From assembly GCA_963790205.1 (NCBI GenBank), contig CAWBNQ010000005.1:32001-96000 (forward strand): a DNA stretch of 64,000 bases, in the 5' to 3' direction. The notes below the pieces were generated by a model. It made no database searches. It worked only from the letters and a program-made list of their open reading frames with translations, and was not told the DNA's origin. Each line of letters begins with the position of its first letter. Position 1 is the first letter of the stretch. The DNA is from Nitrospirota bacterium (lineage in GTDB: Bacteria; Nitrospirota; UBA9217). The position numbers were made by a program, and so were the translations under genes. Below are positions 29,682 to 40,806 of this stretch, piece by piece.

Positions 29682-30843
29682 ATGTTCCTTACCGCGGACC
29701 CAAAAGAGGTCCTTGAAGGCAGGATCACGGACGTGTATTTCGAGCGCGCGCTTGCGATCCTCAAGGCAAAGGGCATCAACCCGGTGGTCAAGGCCGAGTT
29801 CATTGCAAAGGAACTTCCGCGAGAATGGCCCTGGGCCGTTCTTACCGGCATGAGCGAAGCGATCGAGCTCATGAAACACCTGAAGATAAAGGTCAGGGCC
29901 ATGCGGGAGGGTTCGGTCTTTTACCCCTATGAACCGGTCATGGAGATCGAGGGGCGGTATCAGGACTTTTGCGTATACGAGACGGCGCTTTTGGGGCTCC
30001 TCTGCCAGGCGTCGGGCATTTCGACGCAGGCGGCGCGGATGAAGAAGCTCGCCGGGGACCGGCTCGTCATGAGCTTCGGCGCCCGCAGGATGCACCCGGT
30101 CCTGGCGCCCATGATCGAGCGGAACGCGTATCGTGGGCGGGTGCGACGGCGTGGCCGTGGTCAAGTCCGGCGAGATCATCGGTGAGGACCCCATGGGCAC
30201 CATGCCGCACTCGCTGGTCCTGTGCATGGGCTCCACGGTGGAAGCGATCAAGGCCTATGACGAGGTGCTCGATCCCAGGCTCAAGCGCGTGGCGCTCATC
30301 GATACCTTCCAGGACGAAAAATTCGAGGTCCTGAACGTGGCCCAGGCGCTGGGCGACAGGCTCTACGCCGTGCGGTTCGATACGCCCGGTTCGCGGCGCG
30401 GAAATTTTTACCGGATCCTCGAAGAGGCGCGCTGGGAGCTCGATCTCCGGGGACACGGCCACGTCAAATTTTTCGTAAGCGGCGGCATCCATGAAGCTGA
30501 CATCCCGGTCCTGAACCCCTTGGTCCACGGCTACGGCATCGGCACCTCCATCAGCAATGCGCCGGTCATTGACTTTGCCATGGACATCGTCGAGGTCGAC
30601 GGCAAGCCGCTCGCGAAACGGGGCAAATGGTCGGGCAGCAAAAGGGTGCTTGCCTGCGCGGCCTGCGGAGAGAGAACGATCGTTCCGCTGGCAGGCAAGG
30701 AGCGGCATCGGTGCTCCTGCGGCGGCGTCTTTGACGATCTGCTCATACCTCTGCTTGACAACGGGAGAGCGCTGCGGGAGCAGGAACCGGCGGCGCGCAT
30801 CAGGGAATCGGTCTTGCGGAGCGTGAAAGACCTGGAACTGTAA
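29682..30843 (+). CDS. pncB: Nicotinate phosphoribosyltransferase, +1 frameshift at ~30131 (probable sequence error)
   Basis: TDVYF, YETALLG, SFGARR in the first frame; GTMPHS, LIDTF, VRFDTP, VSGG, GIGT in the second frame. Confidence 0.85.
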
Positions 30844-30887
30844 CGCGGTTCCCACCGTGCTCGATCGATATTCGCGGTGACATGTTG

Positions 30888-31931
30888 TCACCGAAGGCAC
30901 TTCCAGTATCTTCCGTGGATCGCGACGATGTTCTTTACCACCTGTTCCGCAGCGGGTGATGAAGCGCCTCCTTGAGGGGGTGTTGGTCCCAGAAGGGTAT
31001 TGAGCACCGACCTGACTCCATCCCTCAGCCCGCGGGGGTTGTAACCGCCTTCGAGCGCAAGTAAAACCTTTCCGCCGCAGGTCCTGTCCGCTATGTCCCG
31101 TACGATCGCGGCAAGCGCTCCGAAACCTTCTCCTGATACTTTCATGCTTCCAAGCGGGTCCTCTCTATAAGGATCAAATCCGGCTGACACGAGAACGAGC
31201 TCGGGACGATATTCGAGGGCGATCGGTTTCAGGACCGTATCGTAAACCCGATAGTACTCGGCATCGCCGAAGCCCGGAGGAAAGGGCGCGTTCACCGTAA
31301 AACCCTCGCCCGGCCCGCTCCCGACCTCGTTGAAATTTCCCGAGCCCGGATAGTAGGGGTATTGATGGGAAGAGAAGTAAAGGACCCCGGGATCATCGTA
31401 AAAAGCGCGCTGCGTGCCGTTGCCGTGGTGCAGGTCCCAGTCTACGATCAGAATTCTTTGGAGCCCGTATTTTTGTTTTGCATGTTCAGCGGCAAGGGCG
31501 ATGTTGTTAAAAATGCAGAATCCCATGCCGCGGTCCGGTTCGGCATGGTGGCCGGGAGGGCGGACGAAGGCGAAGATGGATTGCGGATTGTGGATTGCGG
31601 ATTGCGGATCGAGAAGAGCATCGACGCCGTTGAGCAGGCCGCCGGCTGCGAGCCGGGCGATCTCGTAGGACCGGGCGGACAGTCCCGTGTCGGGGTCGAG
31701 TTGGGAGTGGACCTTTCCTTCGGTTTTTGCCACGGTCTGAATGTAGAAGGGGTCATGAATAAGTGCGAGCTCGGATTCTGTTGCGAGGCGCGGTGCAATG
31801 ACCGGCAGGCCGGCGAATTCTCGGCCAATGAGATCATAAATCACGCGCAGCCGGTCCGGGCTCTCGGGGTGGCCAAGGCCGGGGTTGTGCTCCCGGTAGC
31901 GGTCGTCTTTGATGATGGCGAGGGATGACAT
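30888..31931 (-). CDS. Histone deacetylase family protein (acetoin utilization/acetylpolyamine amidohydrolase-like)
   Basis: HPESPDR, RPPGHHA, GFCIFNN, DWDLHHGNGTQ, SAGFD, LEGGY. Confidence 0.92.
   Translation of the reverse strand: MSSLAIIKDDRYREHNPGLGHPESPDRLRVIYDLIGREFAGLPVIAPRLATESELALIHDPFYIQTVAKTEGKVHSQLDPDTGLSARSYEIARLAAGGLLNGVDALLDPQSAIHNPQSIFAFVRPPGHHAEPDRGMGFCIFNNIALAAEHAKQKYGLQRILIVDWDLHHGNGTQRAFYDDPGVLYFSSHQYPYYPGSGNFNEVGSGPGEGFTVNAPFPPGFGDAEYYRVYDTVLKPIALEYRPELVLVSAGFDPYREDPLGSMKVSGEGFGALAAIVRDIADRTCGGKVLLALEGGYNPRGLRDGVRSVLNTLLGPTPPQGGASSPAAEQVVKNIVAIHGRYWKCLR
31578..31610. repeat. (GGATTGC)x4.7 tandem repeat inside the HDAC reading frame
   Basis: GGATTGC GGATTGT GGATTGC GGATTGC GGATC; encodes DPQSAIHNPQS; same unit as the intergenic array at 29591-29664. 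Confidence 0.75.
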
Positions 31932-32004
31932 TATTGCAACCTGAACGGGCATAGAGGAATAAAGCTGCGGCATGGACAAGAAAATGTCCACGCTGATAAA
32001 GAAG

Positions 32005-32047
32005 GATTGAGGCGCATGAAAGATCATGATCCTTCATGCGCTCAATC
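32005..32047. terminator. Long near-perfect hairpin, possible terminator
   Basis: GATTGAGGCGCATGAAAGATCA/TGATCCTTCATGCGCTCAATC, followed by CTTCTTT on the minus strand. Confidence 0.45.
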
Positions 32048-32078
32048 AGGACAAATCAGCGGCAAGGAACTTGATTCT

Positions 32079-32615
32079 TTAGTGCCCTGCTTTCGCGATC
32101 GGCGGCGGAGCGATTTCCTTGTAATTTTTCACGCCCAGCGACTCCAGCCATCTTTGCATCGCCGGCGGGTTCGGAAGCCTGGCCGGGAGCTTTGCGTCCG
32201 GGGCGCAGACGGTTAGTACTGTTTTTACGAGGTCCATGACGCTGAATTCCAGGACCGTCTGTATCGCCTTCGGGGAGGCCTTGTCGATCAGCATGTTCTC
32301 CCGGTACCACCCCTCTGCCGTCCGCGGGGTAATAGGACCGCAATTCAGGTGGTCGGCATTTTTCGTCTTTATACCCGCCTTTAATGCATGATCGGAAACA
32401 TCGGCCCGCAGGAGCTGAAGCCCCTTGAATGCAGGATTCGAACAGATGCCCGCTTTTCCCCAGCAGATGGGGTCGAAGCGGGAAATATTGATCCCGCTGC
32501 AGAAGAGGTATGCTTGCGGCCCCTCTTCGGGCGCCTGTCGGATAATGATGTACAGGTAATCATTTTTATACTCATAGGATCGTACGGCTGGTCGATTATT
32601 CAAGGGAATTCCCAT
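32079..32615 (-). CDS. Hypothetical protein
   Basis: 178-aa ORF with GGAAAAGG upstream, co-oriented with neighbours; no motif recognised. Confidence 0.6.
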   Translation of the reverse strand: MGIPLNNRPAVRSYEYKNDYLYIIIRQAPEEGPQAYLFCSGINISRFDPICWGKAGICSNPAFKGLQLLRADVSDHALKAGIKTKNADHLNCGPITPRTAEGWYRENMLIDKASPKAIQTVLEFSVMDLVKTVLTVCAPDAKLPARLPNPPAMQRWLESLGVKNYKEIAPPPIAKAGH

Positions 32616-32687
32616 CCTTTTCCAGAAGGTTCGGTGACACGGCAGATGAGCAGGAAGGTTCCCGCTCCCGCCGTTGTCCGGACGGTA

Positions 32688-33032
32688 CTAGGTGCGTTTT
32701 TTCTTTGATGTTTTTTTGGCCTTCGAAGCTTTCTTTGCCTTCGAAGCTTTCTTTTTCGCCGCGGGTTTGGCCTTTGCCCTGGCCTCGAGCTGCTGGACCT
32801 TTTTCTTGAGGGCCTCGTTGTCCTGGTTCAGGTCCTTGACCATTTGCTCGAGCTTGGCATTGTCCTGCTTGACCATTTCGAGCTCCTGTTTCGCCGCGTT
32901 CCGCTCGGACCGCGCCTTGTTCGCAGCCACGAAGCTCCAGATCAGGAGCACCGCAACCAGGACTGCGAGGGATAAAAAAATCAGTTTTGCTTTCTGTTTA
33001 TCTTCCTTTTCGTTCCGATCCGTTCTGTCCAT
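32688..33032 (-). CDS. Membrane-anchored coiled-coil protein with Lys/Ala-rich tail
   Basis: One TM helix, heptad region, KKASKA repeats; AAGGAGG upstream. Confidence 0.7.
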   Translation of the reverse strand: MDRTDRNEKEDKQKAKLIFLSLAVLVAVLLIWSFVAANKARSERNAAKQELEMVKQDNAKLEQMVKDLNQDNEALKKKVQQLEARAKAKPAAKKKASKAKKASKAKKTSKKKRT

Positions 33033-33066
33033 CGTTTTTCTTACGACCTCCTTGGGAATAGGTATT

Positions 33067-33577
33067 TCAATGATATCGTTTCACTTCGAACCTGAAAAGC
33101 TTCACCGGCGTTCCCGGCGGTATGCCGGCTTTCTGCATGGCAATGCTGATCTGGAAATCCACGGTATCGACGCCCTCGAGGTCCGGCAGCAGCAGGCCCC
33201 GCCGCGCCCCGGACTGGACGATCACGCCGTATCGCCGGGGATCGAGCTCGCTTCGTTCCTTGACCGGCTCCGGGGGCGTGAGCACGTCGACGGTATATTC
33301 GATGACGTCCAGCTCTTCGGCGCGCACGCAGGTGAAGCGGGGGTCGCAGGTCGCCGCGCTGATGGCGTTGCGCACGGTCTCGTGCGCCATGTCGGGCTCC
33401 GCGGGCTGGAAGGTGCCGATGCACCCGCGGAGCATGCCGTCTATTTTGAGGCAGATAAAGACCCCCGCCCGTTCTCTGAATTCGGGGGGGAGTTCATCTT
33501 CCCGCACTTCGCGTATCTTGCCTTCCCGTGACGTAGAGTTCGACGGCTTCCTTTGCCAGCTGTACCAGGGGATGCAT
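33067..33577 (-). CDS. AMMECR1-domain protein (AmmeMemoRadiSam protein A), +1 frameshift at ~33529
   Basis: GVFICL...LRGCIGT, DPRF, GLLLP, KAGI. True N-terminus [16 protein letters not shown] starts at a TAATG overlap with ispB but is one base out of frame. Confidence 0.85.
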
Positions 33578-34563
33578 TACATCTCCCGCTGTACCACGTA
33601 ATCCGCAAGCGCCATGAGCGCCTGGCGCGGAGGAGAATCGGGAAAAATCGCAAGGCTTGCTTTCGCCTCGTCGGAAAAGGTTTGCGCGACCCGGAGCGCG
33701 TCATTGACGGTCCCGTACTTTTCCATCAATTCGAGCGTGTACAAGAGGTCGCTGTCAATGACGGCATCGGCCTGAAGGATGGTCCTGAGCCGGTCCTTCT
33801 CTTCCGGATTTGCTTTACGAATAAGGTAGATGAGCGGGAGCGTCACTTTGCCCTCGGCCAGGTCCTTGCCGAGCATCTTGCCGAGCTGCTTCTGGTCAGC
33901 CGCGTAATCGAGCGTGTCATCGGTGATCTGAAACGCGAAGCCCAGTTTTTTCCCGTAGGCCGTGAGCGCGTCCTCCTGGGAAAGCGGGGCCTTGCTGATG
34001 ATGGCGCCGAGCCTGCAGGATGCGGAGATAAGCACGCCGGTTTTGCACTCCACGAGCCGGTAGTAGTCGGCTTCGGTCATGTCGATGTTCTGGATCTGCA
34101 TGAGCTGAAGGACTTCTCCTTCGGACATGGTCGTGGTCGTTTCGGAGAGGACGTCCATGACGCGCTGGTTCTGGAGGCGGACGCCATGGTAGAGCGCTTT
34201 GGAGTAAAGGTAGTCGCCGACGAGGATGCTGGCCTGGTTGCCCCAGAGCGAGTTGGCCGACGATTTGCCGCGGCGGATATTCGCTTCGTCGATCACGTCG
34301 TCGTGCAGGAGCGAGGCCGTGTGGATGAATTCCACGACGCCTCCCAGCGTATATTCGGCGCTGTGGTCGCGGCATCCGCACAGCCGCGCCGAGAGGAGGT
34401 GAAGGAGGGGACGGAACCGCTTGCCGCCCGCGCCGAGGATATATTTGCTGACCTGCTGAATGAGCGGAACGTCGGTGCCGAGGCTTTCATGGATACGGTG
34501 CTCCATCCGTTCCATGTCGGACTTGAATTCTTTGAGGACGTCTTGGAGGGTGGTTATCATCAC
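33577..34563 (-). CDS. ispB: Polyprenyl (octaprenyl-type) diphosphate synthase
   Basis: GGKRFRP, LHDDVID...RRG, KT, FQITDDTLD, GKDL. Confidence 0.9.
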   Translation of the reverse strand: MMITTLQDVLKEFKSDMERMEHRIHESLGTDVPLIQQVSKYILGAGGKRFRPLLHLLSARLCGCRDHSAEYTLGGVVEFIHTASLLHDDVIDEANIRRGKSSANSLWGNQASILVGDYLYSKALYHGVRLQNQRVMDVLSETTTTMSEGEVLQLMQIQNIDMTEADYYRLVECKTGVLISASCRLGAIISKAPLSQEDALTAYGKKLGFAFQITDDTLDYAADQKQLGKMLGKDLAEGKVTLPLIYLIRKANPEEKDRLRTILQADAVIDSDLLYTLELMEKYGTVNDALRVAQTFSDEAKASLAIFPDSPPRQALMALADYVVQREM

Positions 34564-34761
34564 GATATTCTCGGGGTGCTAGAGAAATAATAGGGGAGAC
34601 GTTGCGTGTTGTCAAGGTTTTTCTGGACGGGACCGTGAAACCAGGGGTCCCGCTGCGGGAGCGCAAAAGATAACAAAAAGGAGGCGCTTCAAAACGCTAT
34701 GGTCTCGAAGATCCACCGCGTGCGAACGAAGTCGCCTTGTGGTTAAAAATTGTTTTGTAAA

Positions 34762-35751
34762 TTACAGTTTCATCGCCTCGTTTACTTCGGCGAGGGTCTT
34801 CGCTGCAATGCCGCGGGCCTTCTTCGAGCCCTCGGCGATGATCTCCGCGATCCGGTTGGGATGGGCGGCCAAGTTCCTTCCGTCGTCTCCTGCAGGGGCT
34901 TGAGATAGGCGAGCAAATGCTTTAACAGTTCCTTCTTATCATCAACGCACCCGATGCCCGCGCGGCGGCATTCCACGTTGACATGGTTGCACCATTCCTT
35001 GGGCGCGAAGATCCTGTCGAGCGTGAAGAGGGGACAGACGTCAGGATTGCCGGGGTCCTGCCGGCGCACGCGGGCGGGATCGGTGACCATCTGCATCACT
35101 TTTTTCACGAGCTCTTCAGGGCTGTCGGACAGGTAGAGGCAGTTGTTGTAGCTTTTGCTCATTTTGCGGCCGTCGGTCCCCGGGAGCTTGGGGTACTCGG
35201 TCATGAGCGGCTGGGGCTCGGGGAAGACCCCGCCGTAGAACTGGTTGAACCGGCGGCAGATCTCGCGCGTCAGCTCAAGGTGCGGGAGCTGGTCGGTGCC
35301 TACGGGCACGAAATGCGCCTTGTAGATCAGGATGTCCGCGGCCTGAAGCACGGGGTAGCCCAGGAACCCGTAGGTGTGCAGGTCCTTGTCCTGAGACCTG
35401 CTCCATCTTTTCCTTGTACGTGGGCACGCGCTCGAGCCAGGGGAGCGGCGTGGACATGGACAGGAGCACGTGGAGCACGGCATGCTCGGGCACGAGGGAC
35501 TGCTGGAAGAGCACGGACCTTTCGGGGTCGAGCCCTGCCGCGAGCCAGTCGATCACCATCTCTCTGACATAGGTCCGGATCTTTGACGTATCCGCATAAT
35601 TCGTCGTGAGCGCGTGCCAGTCGGCGATGAAGTAGAAACACTCGTACTGGTCCTGCAGCTTCCTCCAGTTGTCGAGGGCGCCCATGAGATTGCCGAGGTG
35701 CAGGAGGCCGCTCGGCTGCATGCCGCTTAAAACGCGTTTTTTTGTCATCAT
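34762..35751 (-). CDS. trpS: Tryptophanyl-tRNA synthetase, frameshifted at ~35394 and ~34880 (probable sequence errors)
   Basis: SGMQPSGLLHLGN (HIGH), YPVLQAADIL, VPVGTDQ, KMSKS; C-terminus ...KTLAEVNEAMKL* in another frame. Confidence 0.9.
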
Positions 35752-35821
35752 TGGGTCCTTCGCGCCGCACGCTGAGCTGCCAGGGGGAAAAGTTTCCCGA
35801 AAAGCGCTGCGGCTAAAGATA

Positions 35822-36493
35822 TTACATAATATCCCCGCCCAGCAGCAGCGAGAGTATCGGCCGTATGATTGGGGTGATGATCGGGCCAAGAATGCCAAAA
35901 CCAAAGAGGGCAAGAATAATGAGCAGGCCATATCGCTCAAGTCGGTAATAGGCGGCTGCCGCTTTATCAGGCAGGAGCCAATACACGACCCTGCTCCCGT
36001 CAAGCGGAGGGATGGGGATCATGTTCAATATTGCCAATACAACGTTGATCATTACGCCGTACCCGAGCATGAGCGAGAAGGGAACGACAAACCACTCCCA
36101 GGCTTGTTTCGAGGCGAACCCTTCGATCGCCGGGATGACCATGCGGAGCAGGAACGCGAACGCGAGGGCCATGACAATGTTGACCCCCGGGCCCGCGAGC
36201 GATGAGATTGCCATGCCTTTCCTGGGATTTTTGAAATTATAGGGATTGATCGGCACCGGCTTTGCGTAGCCGAAAATGGGGCTGTGCAAAACGATACACA
36301 AGACAGGCAGGATGATCGTGCCGAAGAGGTCGATGTGCGAGACGGGGTTCAGCGTGAGCCTGCCCATGTCGCGCGCCGTGTGGTCGCCCAGCTTGTCGGC
36401 CACCCATCCGTGCGCGACCTCGTGGAGCACGATGGCGAAGATGAGCGGGACGGCTATAACGGCGATTTTTTGTATCGTGTTGAGTTCTTCCAT
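35822..36493 (-). CDS. Site-2 protease family (M50) membrane metalloprotease
   Basis: HEVAH, AGPGVN, NMIPIPPLDG. Confidence 0.92.
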   Translation of the reverse strand: MEELNTIQKIAVIAVPLIFAIVLHEVAHGWVADKLGDHTARDMGRLTLNPVSHIDLFGTIILPVLCIVLHSPIFGYAKPVPINPYNFKNPRKGMAISSLAGPGVNIVMALAFAFLLRMVIPAIEGFASKQAWEWFVVPFSLMLGYGVMINVVLAILNMIPIPPLDGSRVVYWLLPDKAAAAYYRLERYGLLIILALFGFGILGPIITPIIRPILSLLLGGDIM

Positions 36494-36622
36494 TTTATCC
36501 CCGGCTGTAAGGCCGAACCGCCGGAACACAGCCGGTTTCCGCGGCCACAGTACTTGTAGTTGATGAAAAGCGATAGTAAGGGAAAATGCGGGACCTTGTC
36601 AAGAAAAATCAGGGAATAAGCG

Positions 36623-38549
36623 TTATTTTTCGCTGTTGAGGAGCGTGAATTTGCCGTCCTCCACTTTGATGAGGAAAAGTTTTTTCTGCGCTTCGCCGTT
36701 CCCCGCGAACGTGGTGGCGCCGGAGATGCCGGCGTAGTCCTTCAACGCGAGAAGGCCGTCGCGGATTGCCAAGGGCGTGTCCTTATGCTCTTTTAAAAGG
36801 GAGAAGACCATCATGGCGGCATCGTAAGCCTGGGCCGCGAGGATGTCCGGCTCTTCCTGGTAGGCCGAACGATAGGCGTCGACGACTGTTTTTGTCGCCG
36901 CGTCGATGCTCTCCGGATAGAACCCGTCAACGAAGACCGCCCCGTCGGCATAGCGGCCGGCGCGCTCGATCAGGTCTTGCGAATGCCAGTTGTCCGAGCC
37001 GAGCAGGGCCGTTCCGGTTATGTTGTAAAACGCCAGCTGCGGGATAAGCAGGCCGACCTCGTCCGCGTATCCGGGAAGATAGAGGGCGTCGAAGCTCGGC
37101 GTGTATTCGTCAAACAGCTTTTTCCGCTCGGCGTCATCGTCGGGGATCTGGATTTTCCGGGAGCGAAGGTCGATCTCGATGATCTTCTTGATATAGGGGC
37201 CGAAATCCCGGGTGTCGGGAGGGTAGGAAACGGTCGCGAGGATCTCGGCTTTCTGTTCCAGTTCCCGGGCGAACAGGCGCGACAGGTCCTTGCCGTAGGG
37301 CTCGTCAGGGTAAAAAATAACGAACTTCCTGAGCTTGAGATCGAGCGCGTACCGGGCTATTGCGCGAGCCTGGCTGTCGATGGTGAGCGCGTTCCTGAAT
37401 ATCCAGGCGCTCTTCACGGAAAATCCCGCGCGGGAAGCCGCAGGCCGGATCACCGGGACCTGGAGCTTTGTCCAACGACGGAATAATCGCTTCTTCTTCC
37501 TTCGTCGTGATCGGGCCGATGACGGCCACCACGCCTTTGGCCTTGAGCTCGCCCAAAGCGGCAACGGCTTTCTCCGGGGACCCCTCGGTGTCCTTCACGA
37601 CAAGCTCGACGCGGTTATCAGGCTCCTGGAGGTTGTACTCGTGCACCGCAAGCTGGATGCCCTTGAGGACCCGGTCGCCGAAGAAGGCGAGTTGGCCCGT
37701 CTGGGGCAGAAGCGCGCCGATCGTGTACCGCGGCGCGGTGAGCCCGGACGTGGCCTCGCTCAACAGCATCTCCCCCCGGGTCTTCTCGGGATGGGAGGGG
37801 AAACGCTTGAGAAATTCCGTGCTGATACTGACGGCGTCGCGGTATTGCCGCTGTTCGATCAGGAGCGCCGCGAGCCGGAGCAGGGCCTCGTCCGAGGGAA
37901 AAGCGGCGCCGGCGGAAAGCGTCCTGAGCTCGTCCTCGGTCAGATATTTATCCACAAGCTCGAGAACGCGATCGCGGTAGCCCGCCCGCTGTTTCTCGTT
38001 CTGCGCGTGCTCGGCAAGGTAAGCGTACTCCTTTACGGCGAGGGGGTAGTTCTTCCTGATCACATAGGCGACGGAGAGCATCTCCGCAATGCGTTGAAGC
38101 TTCACCGGATCGACGATCCTGCCGCGGTCCTCGAGATTCGCCACCGCGAGGTCGTATTCCTTGAGCTCGAAATAGCACAGTCCCAGCTTGTACTTGGCTT
38201 CCGGTATGAGCGATGAAGCGGGATATTTTTCGATGAGCTCCTTGTAGTAACTGAGCGCCTGGCCGTAGTCGCGCCTGGTCAGGCGTATCTCTCCCATGAG
38301 GGCGAGCGCCCTGTCCGCGTAACGGCTTTTCGGGTACCGGATCAGGAACGCCTCGTCTGTCTTGGCCGCCTGATCGTATTGCCTTTTGGAAAACAGCGTC
38401 TCCGCCTGTTCCACCTGGGCCCGGGCGTCCTTTTCCCATTCCGGTTCCGGCGGCAGCGCCGGGGCGCAGCCCATGGGCACGAGCGAGGCAGCAAAGGCAA
38501 GGACGAGCAGGAGGGAGATCAGGGCGGGTACGGTACGCCGGAACGGCAT
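36623..38549 (-). CDS. Lipoprotein with BamD-like TPRs and a periplasmic-binding (LpoA/LppC-like) domain, +1 frameshift at ~37468
   Basis: Lipobox-like PMGC, TPR repeats, IGALLPQTG...GIQLA, AAQAYDA; two ORFs join by removing one A. Confidence 0.8.
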
Positions 38550-38552
38550 CTG

Positions 38553-38663
38553 CTATTTACCCTTCTTGGCGACGGCCTCGGCTATGGCGGTCTTGCGCTT
38601 TGCTTTTTGCCTCTCTTCTTTGCGTTTGCGCCTGCGGTTTATCTCTGTCTGTCTTTCACGCAC
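38553..38663 (-). CDS. Small, very basic 36-aa protein (below ORF-track cutoff)
   Basis: GAAAGGAG RBS then GTG; MRERQTEINRRRKRKEERQKAKRKTAIAEAVAKKGK*; stop 3 nt before the next ATG. Confidence 0.7.
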   Translation of the reverse strand: MRERQTEINRRRKRKEERQKAKRKTAIAEAVAKKGK

Positions 38664-38851
38664 GGTATGCTTCTCCTTTCGAGGGGAATGCTGTCCTCAA
38701 GCCTGCACACTATATCCGAGATGGGTTCATTTGTCAATACGGAGAAACGGGGATGTTTCTTTCCTGGTGCCGAGACATGCTTCAATTTTTACGTTGCTGC
38801 GATTTTATGTTTGCATTTTTGCCGGTTTTAGTTTATTATCCGTAGAACTTT

Positions 38852-40330
38852 ATGACTATGATCATCTCTCGGCTTTCATATCGCACCGTTTTTATCATTC
38901 TCTTCTTAACAATCCTCACGTATGGCTGCGCCCATCACTCCGTACCTGTTACGGAGAGCGACGGCGACCCACAGTCCGGGGCTCACTCCGCGGTGAAGGA
39001 GGCTGGTACCGATGAAGGACCTGCGTCTTCTCTGCCGGGAGGCGCCGAAGCCGTTGATGCGTCGGCGGACCCTGTGCTCCCGTCTCAAACGGAAAAGAAC
39101 GCTTCAGGGGCGAAAAAAGACATTGCCGATGATGACCAGGCGCTCCTGGATACCGCCCTGGATCTTACCGAAACAGCCCAGGAGTATTGGAAAGACAACG
39201 ATATGGACCAGGCGATCGAGTCCCTGGACCAGGCCTATGCGCTTATCCTGAAGGTCCCGGGCAACAATCCGAAGCTTTCCCAGCAAAAGGATGACCTCCG
39301 CTTCATGATCTCCAAAAGGATCATGGAGCTGTACGCCTCCCGCCAAGTAGCCGTAAAAGGGAACCACAATGAGATCCCCAGGGTCGTGAACGACCATGTG
39401 CTGCGGGAGATACAGTCATTCCAGACCGTGGAACGGGATTTCTTTCTGGAGTCCTATAAACGCTCAGGCAGGTACCGTGACGAAATGGTCAAGGCCTTGA
39501 AGGAAGCCGGCCTTCCCGAGGAGCTTTCATGGCTGCCGCTCATCGAAAGCGGGTTCAAGATCAGGGCCCTTTCCCGGTCCCGTGCCTTCGGGCTTTGGCA
39601 GTTCATCCCTTCCACGGGCTACAAGTTCGGGCTTAAGAGAAATACCTGGATAGACGAACGGCTCGACCCGGAGAAATCCACAGCGGCCGCAATCGCCTAT
39701 TTTAAAGAACTTCACCAGATGTTCGGAGACTGGGCCACGGTCCTCGCGGCCTACAACTGCGGAGAAGGCTCCGTAGCGCGGGTAATCCGGGACTCGAAGG
39801 TGGATTACCTGGATAACTTCTGGGACTTCTACGAGCGGCTTCCCCGCGAAACCGCGCGCTACTTCCCGCGGTTCCTTGCCGTCCTGGCCATTCTGAAGGA
39901 CCCCGCTAAGTACGGGTTTACCCTGGACCAGCCCGACAAGCCCCTGTCCTACGAAACGTGCACCGTCGAAAGGCCGATCCATTTGAAGTCCGTTGCCGAA
40001 ACACTGGATGTCGATCCGGCCGACCTTTCCCAATTGAACCCCGAGTTGCGGCGTGAGGCCACGCCCGATGTTCCCTATGCTCTCAGAGTGCCGCCCGGGA
40101 AAAAGGAACTATTAATGGCCGAGCTGGATAAGCTGCCGAAGTGGACGCCGCCGAAGCTGGAGTACGTGCTCCACCGCGTTCGTCGCGGAGAGACGCTGTC
40201 GCTCATCGCGCTCCGGTACCGGACGAGCATCCGGAGGATCCTCGAAGCGAACAACATCCGCTCCACGAGGCTGCTCCGCGTGGGCCAGCGCCTGAAGATC
40301 CCGATGAGATATTCCTTAATAACATCGTAA
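38852..40330 (+). CDS. mltD: Membrane-bound lytic murein transglycosylase D with LysM domain
   Basis: Lipoprotein signal (TYGC), LIESGF, GLWQFIP, AAYNCG, ETARYFP, C-terminal LysM (HRVRRGETLS). Confidence 0.9.
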   Translation: MTMIISRLSYRTVFIILFLTILTYGCAHHSVPVTESDGDPQSGAHSAVKEAGTDEGPASSLPGGAEAVDASADPVLPSQTEKNASGAKKDIADDDQALLDTALDLTETAQEYWKDNDMDQAIESLDQAYALILKVPGNNPKLSQQKDDLRFMISKRIMELYASRQVAVKGNHNEIPRVVNDHVLREIQSFQTVERDFFLESYKRSGRYRDEMVKALKEAGLPEELSWLPLIESGFKIRALSRSRAFGLWQFIPSTGYKFGLKRNTWIDERLDPEKSTAAAIAYFKELHQMFGDWATVLAAYNCGEGSVARVIRDSKVDYLDNFWDFYERLPRETARYFPRFLAVLAILKDPAKYGFTLDQPDKPLSYETCTVERPIHLKSVAETLDVDPADLSQLNPELRREATPDVPYALRVPPGKKELLMAELDKLPKWTPPKLEYVLHRVRRGETLSLIALRYRTSIRRILEANNIRSTRLLRVGQRLKIPMRYSLITS

Positions 40331-40363
40331 GGCAGGGGACGGTCGCCCTGCCTTTTTCTTTTT
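40329..40363 (+). terminator. Rho-independent terminator
   Basis: AAGGCAGGG...CCCTGCCTT stem followed by a T-rich run. Confidence 0.7.
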
Positions 40364-40382
40364 GAGGCAAAAGACTTTCTTT

Positions 40383-40478
40383 GCCACGGATGGACACTGA
40401 TGGACGCGGATGTCAACGTCTCAAATCTACAACGTGTCGCTTGATTTTTATCAGTGTAAATCCGTATGTATCCGTGGC
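40383..40478. mobile_element. Gene-less copy of the 10-nt-period GCCACGGAT...ATCCGTGGC element
   Basis: GCCACGGAT GGACACTGAT GGACGCGGAT ... ATCAGTGTAA ATCCGTATGT ATCCGTGGC. Confidence 0.75.
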
Positions 40479-40494
40479 CCAATGATTTTTGCGG

Positions 40495-40764
40495 TCATTT
40501 CCGCAGTGTCACGATCGTCGCGCCCCATCCGCCGGCCCCTTCCTCCGCAGTTCTGAAAGACTCAACATAAGGAAGCTTCTCAAGAACGGATTTTACGATG
40601 TCTCGGACCGTGCCGATGCCTTTCCCGTGGATGATGCGCACCTGAAGGATCCCGCGCTCGCGGCAGGCCAGGAGATACTCGGGCACGAGGTCTTTCACGT
40701 CTCCCGGCTGGAACGTGTGGAGGTCGAGGACCCCGTCGATGGGAAATTCTACAAACTCATCCAT
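40495..40764 (-). CDS. Smr domain protein
   Basis: [23 protein letters not shown]. Confidence 0.9.
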   Translation of the reverse strand: MDEFVEFPIDGVLDLHTFQPGDVKDLVPEYLLACRERGILQVRIIHGKGIGTVRDIVKSVLEKLPYVESFRTAEEGAGGWGATIVTLRK

Positions 40765-40806
40765 TCTTTAATCCCGATGGGCACGTCAATCGCCATGTTT
40801 CACATT

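Noticed and set aside
32715..32756. 18-bp tandem repeat
   Set aside because: It simply encodes KKASKA repeats in a Lys-rich protein tail.
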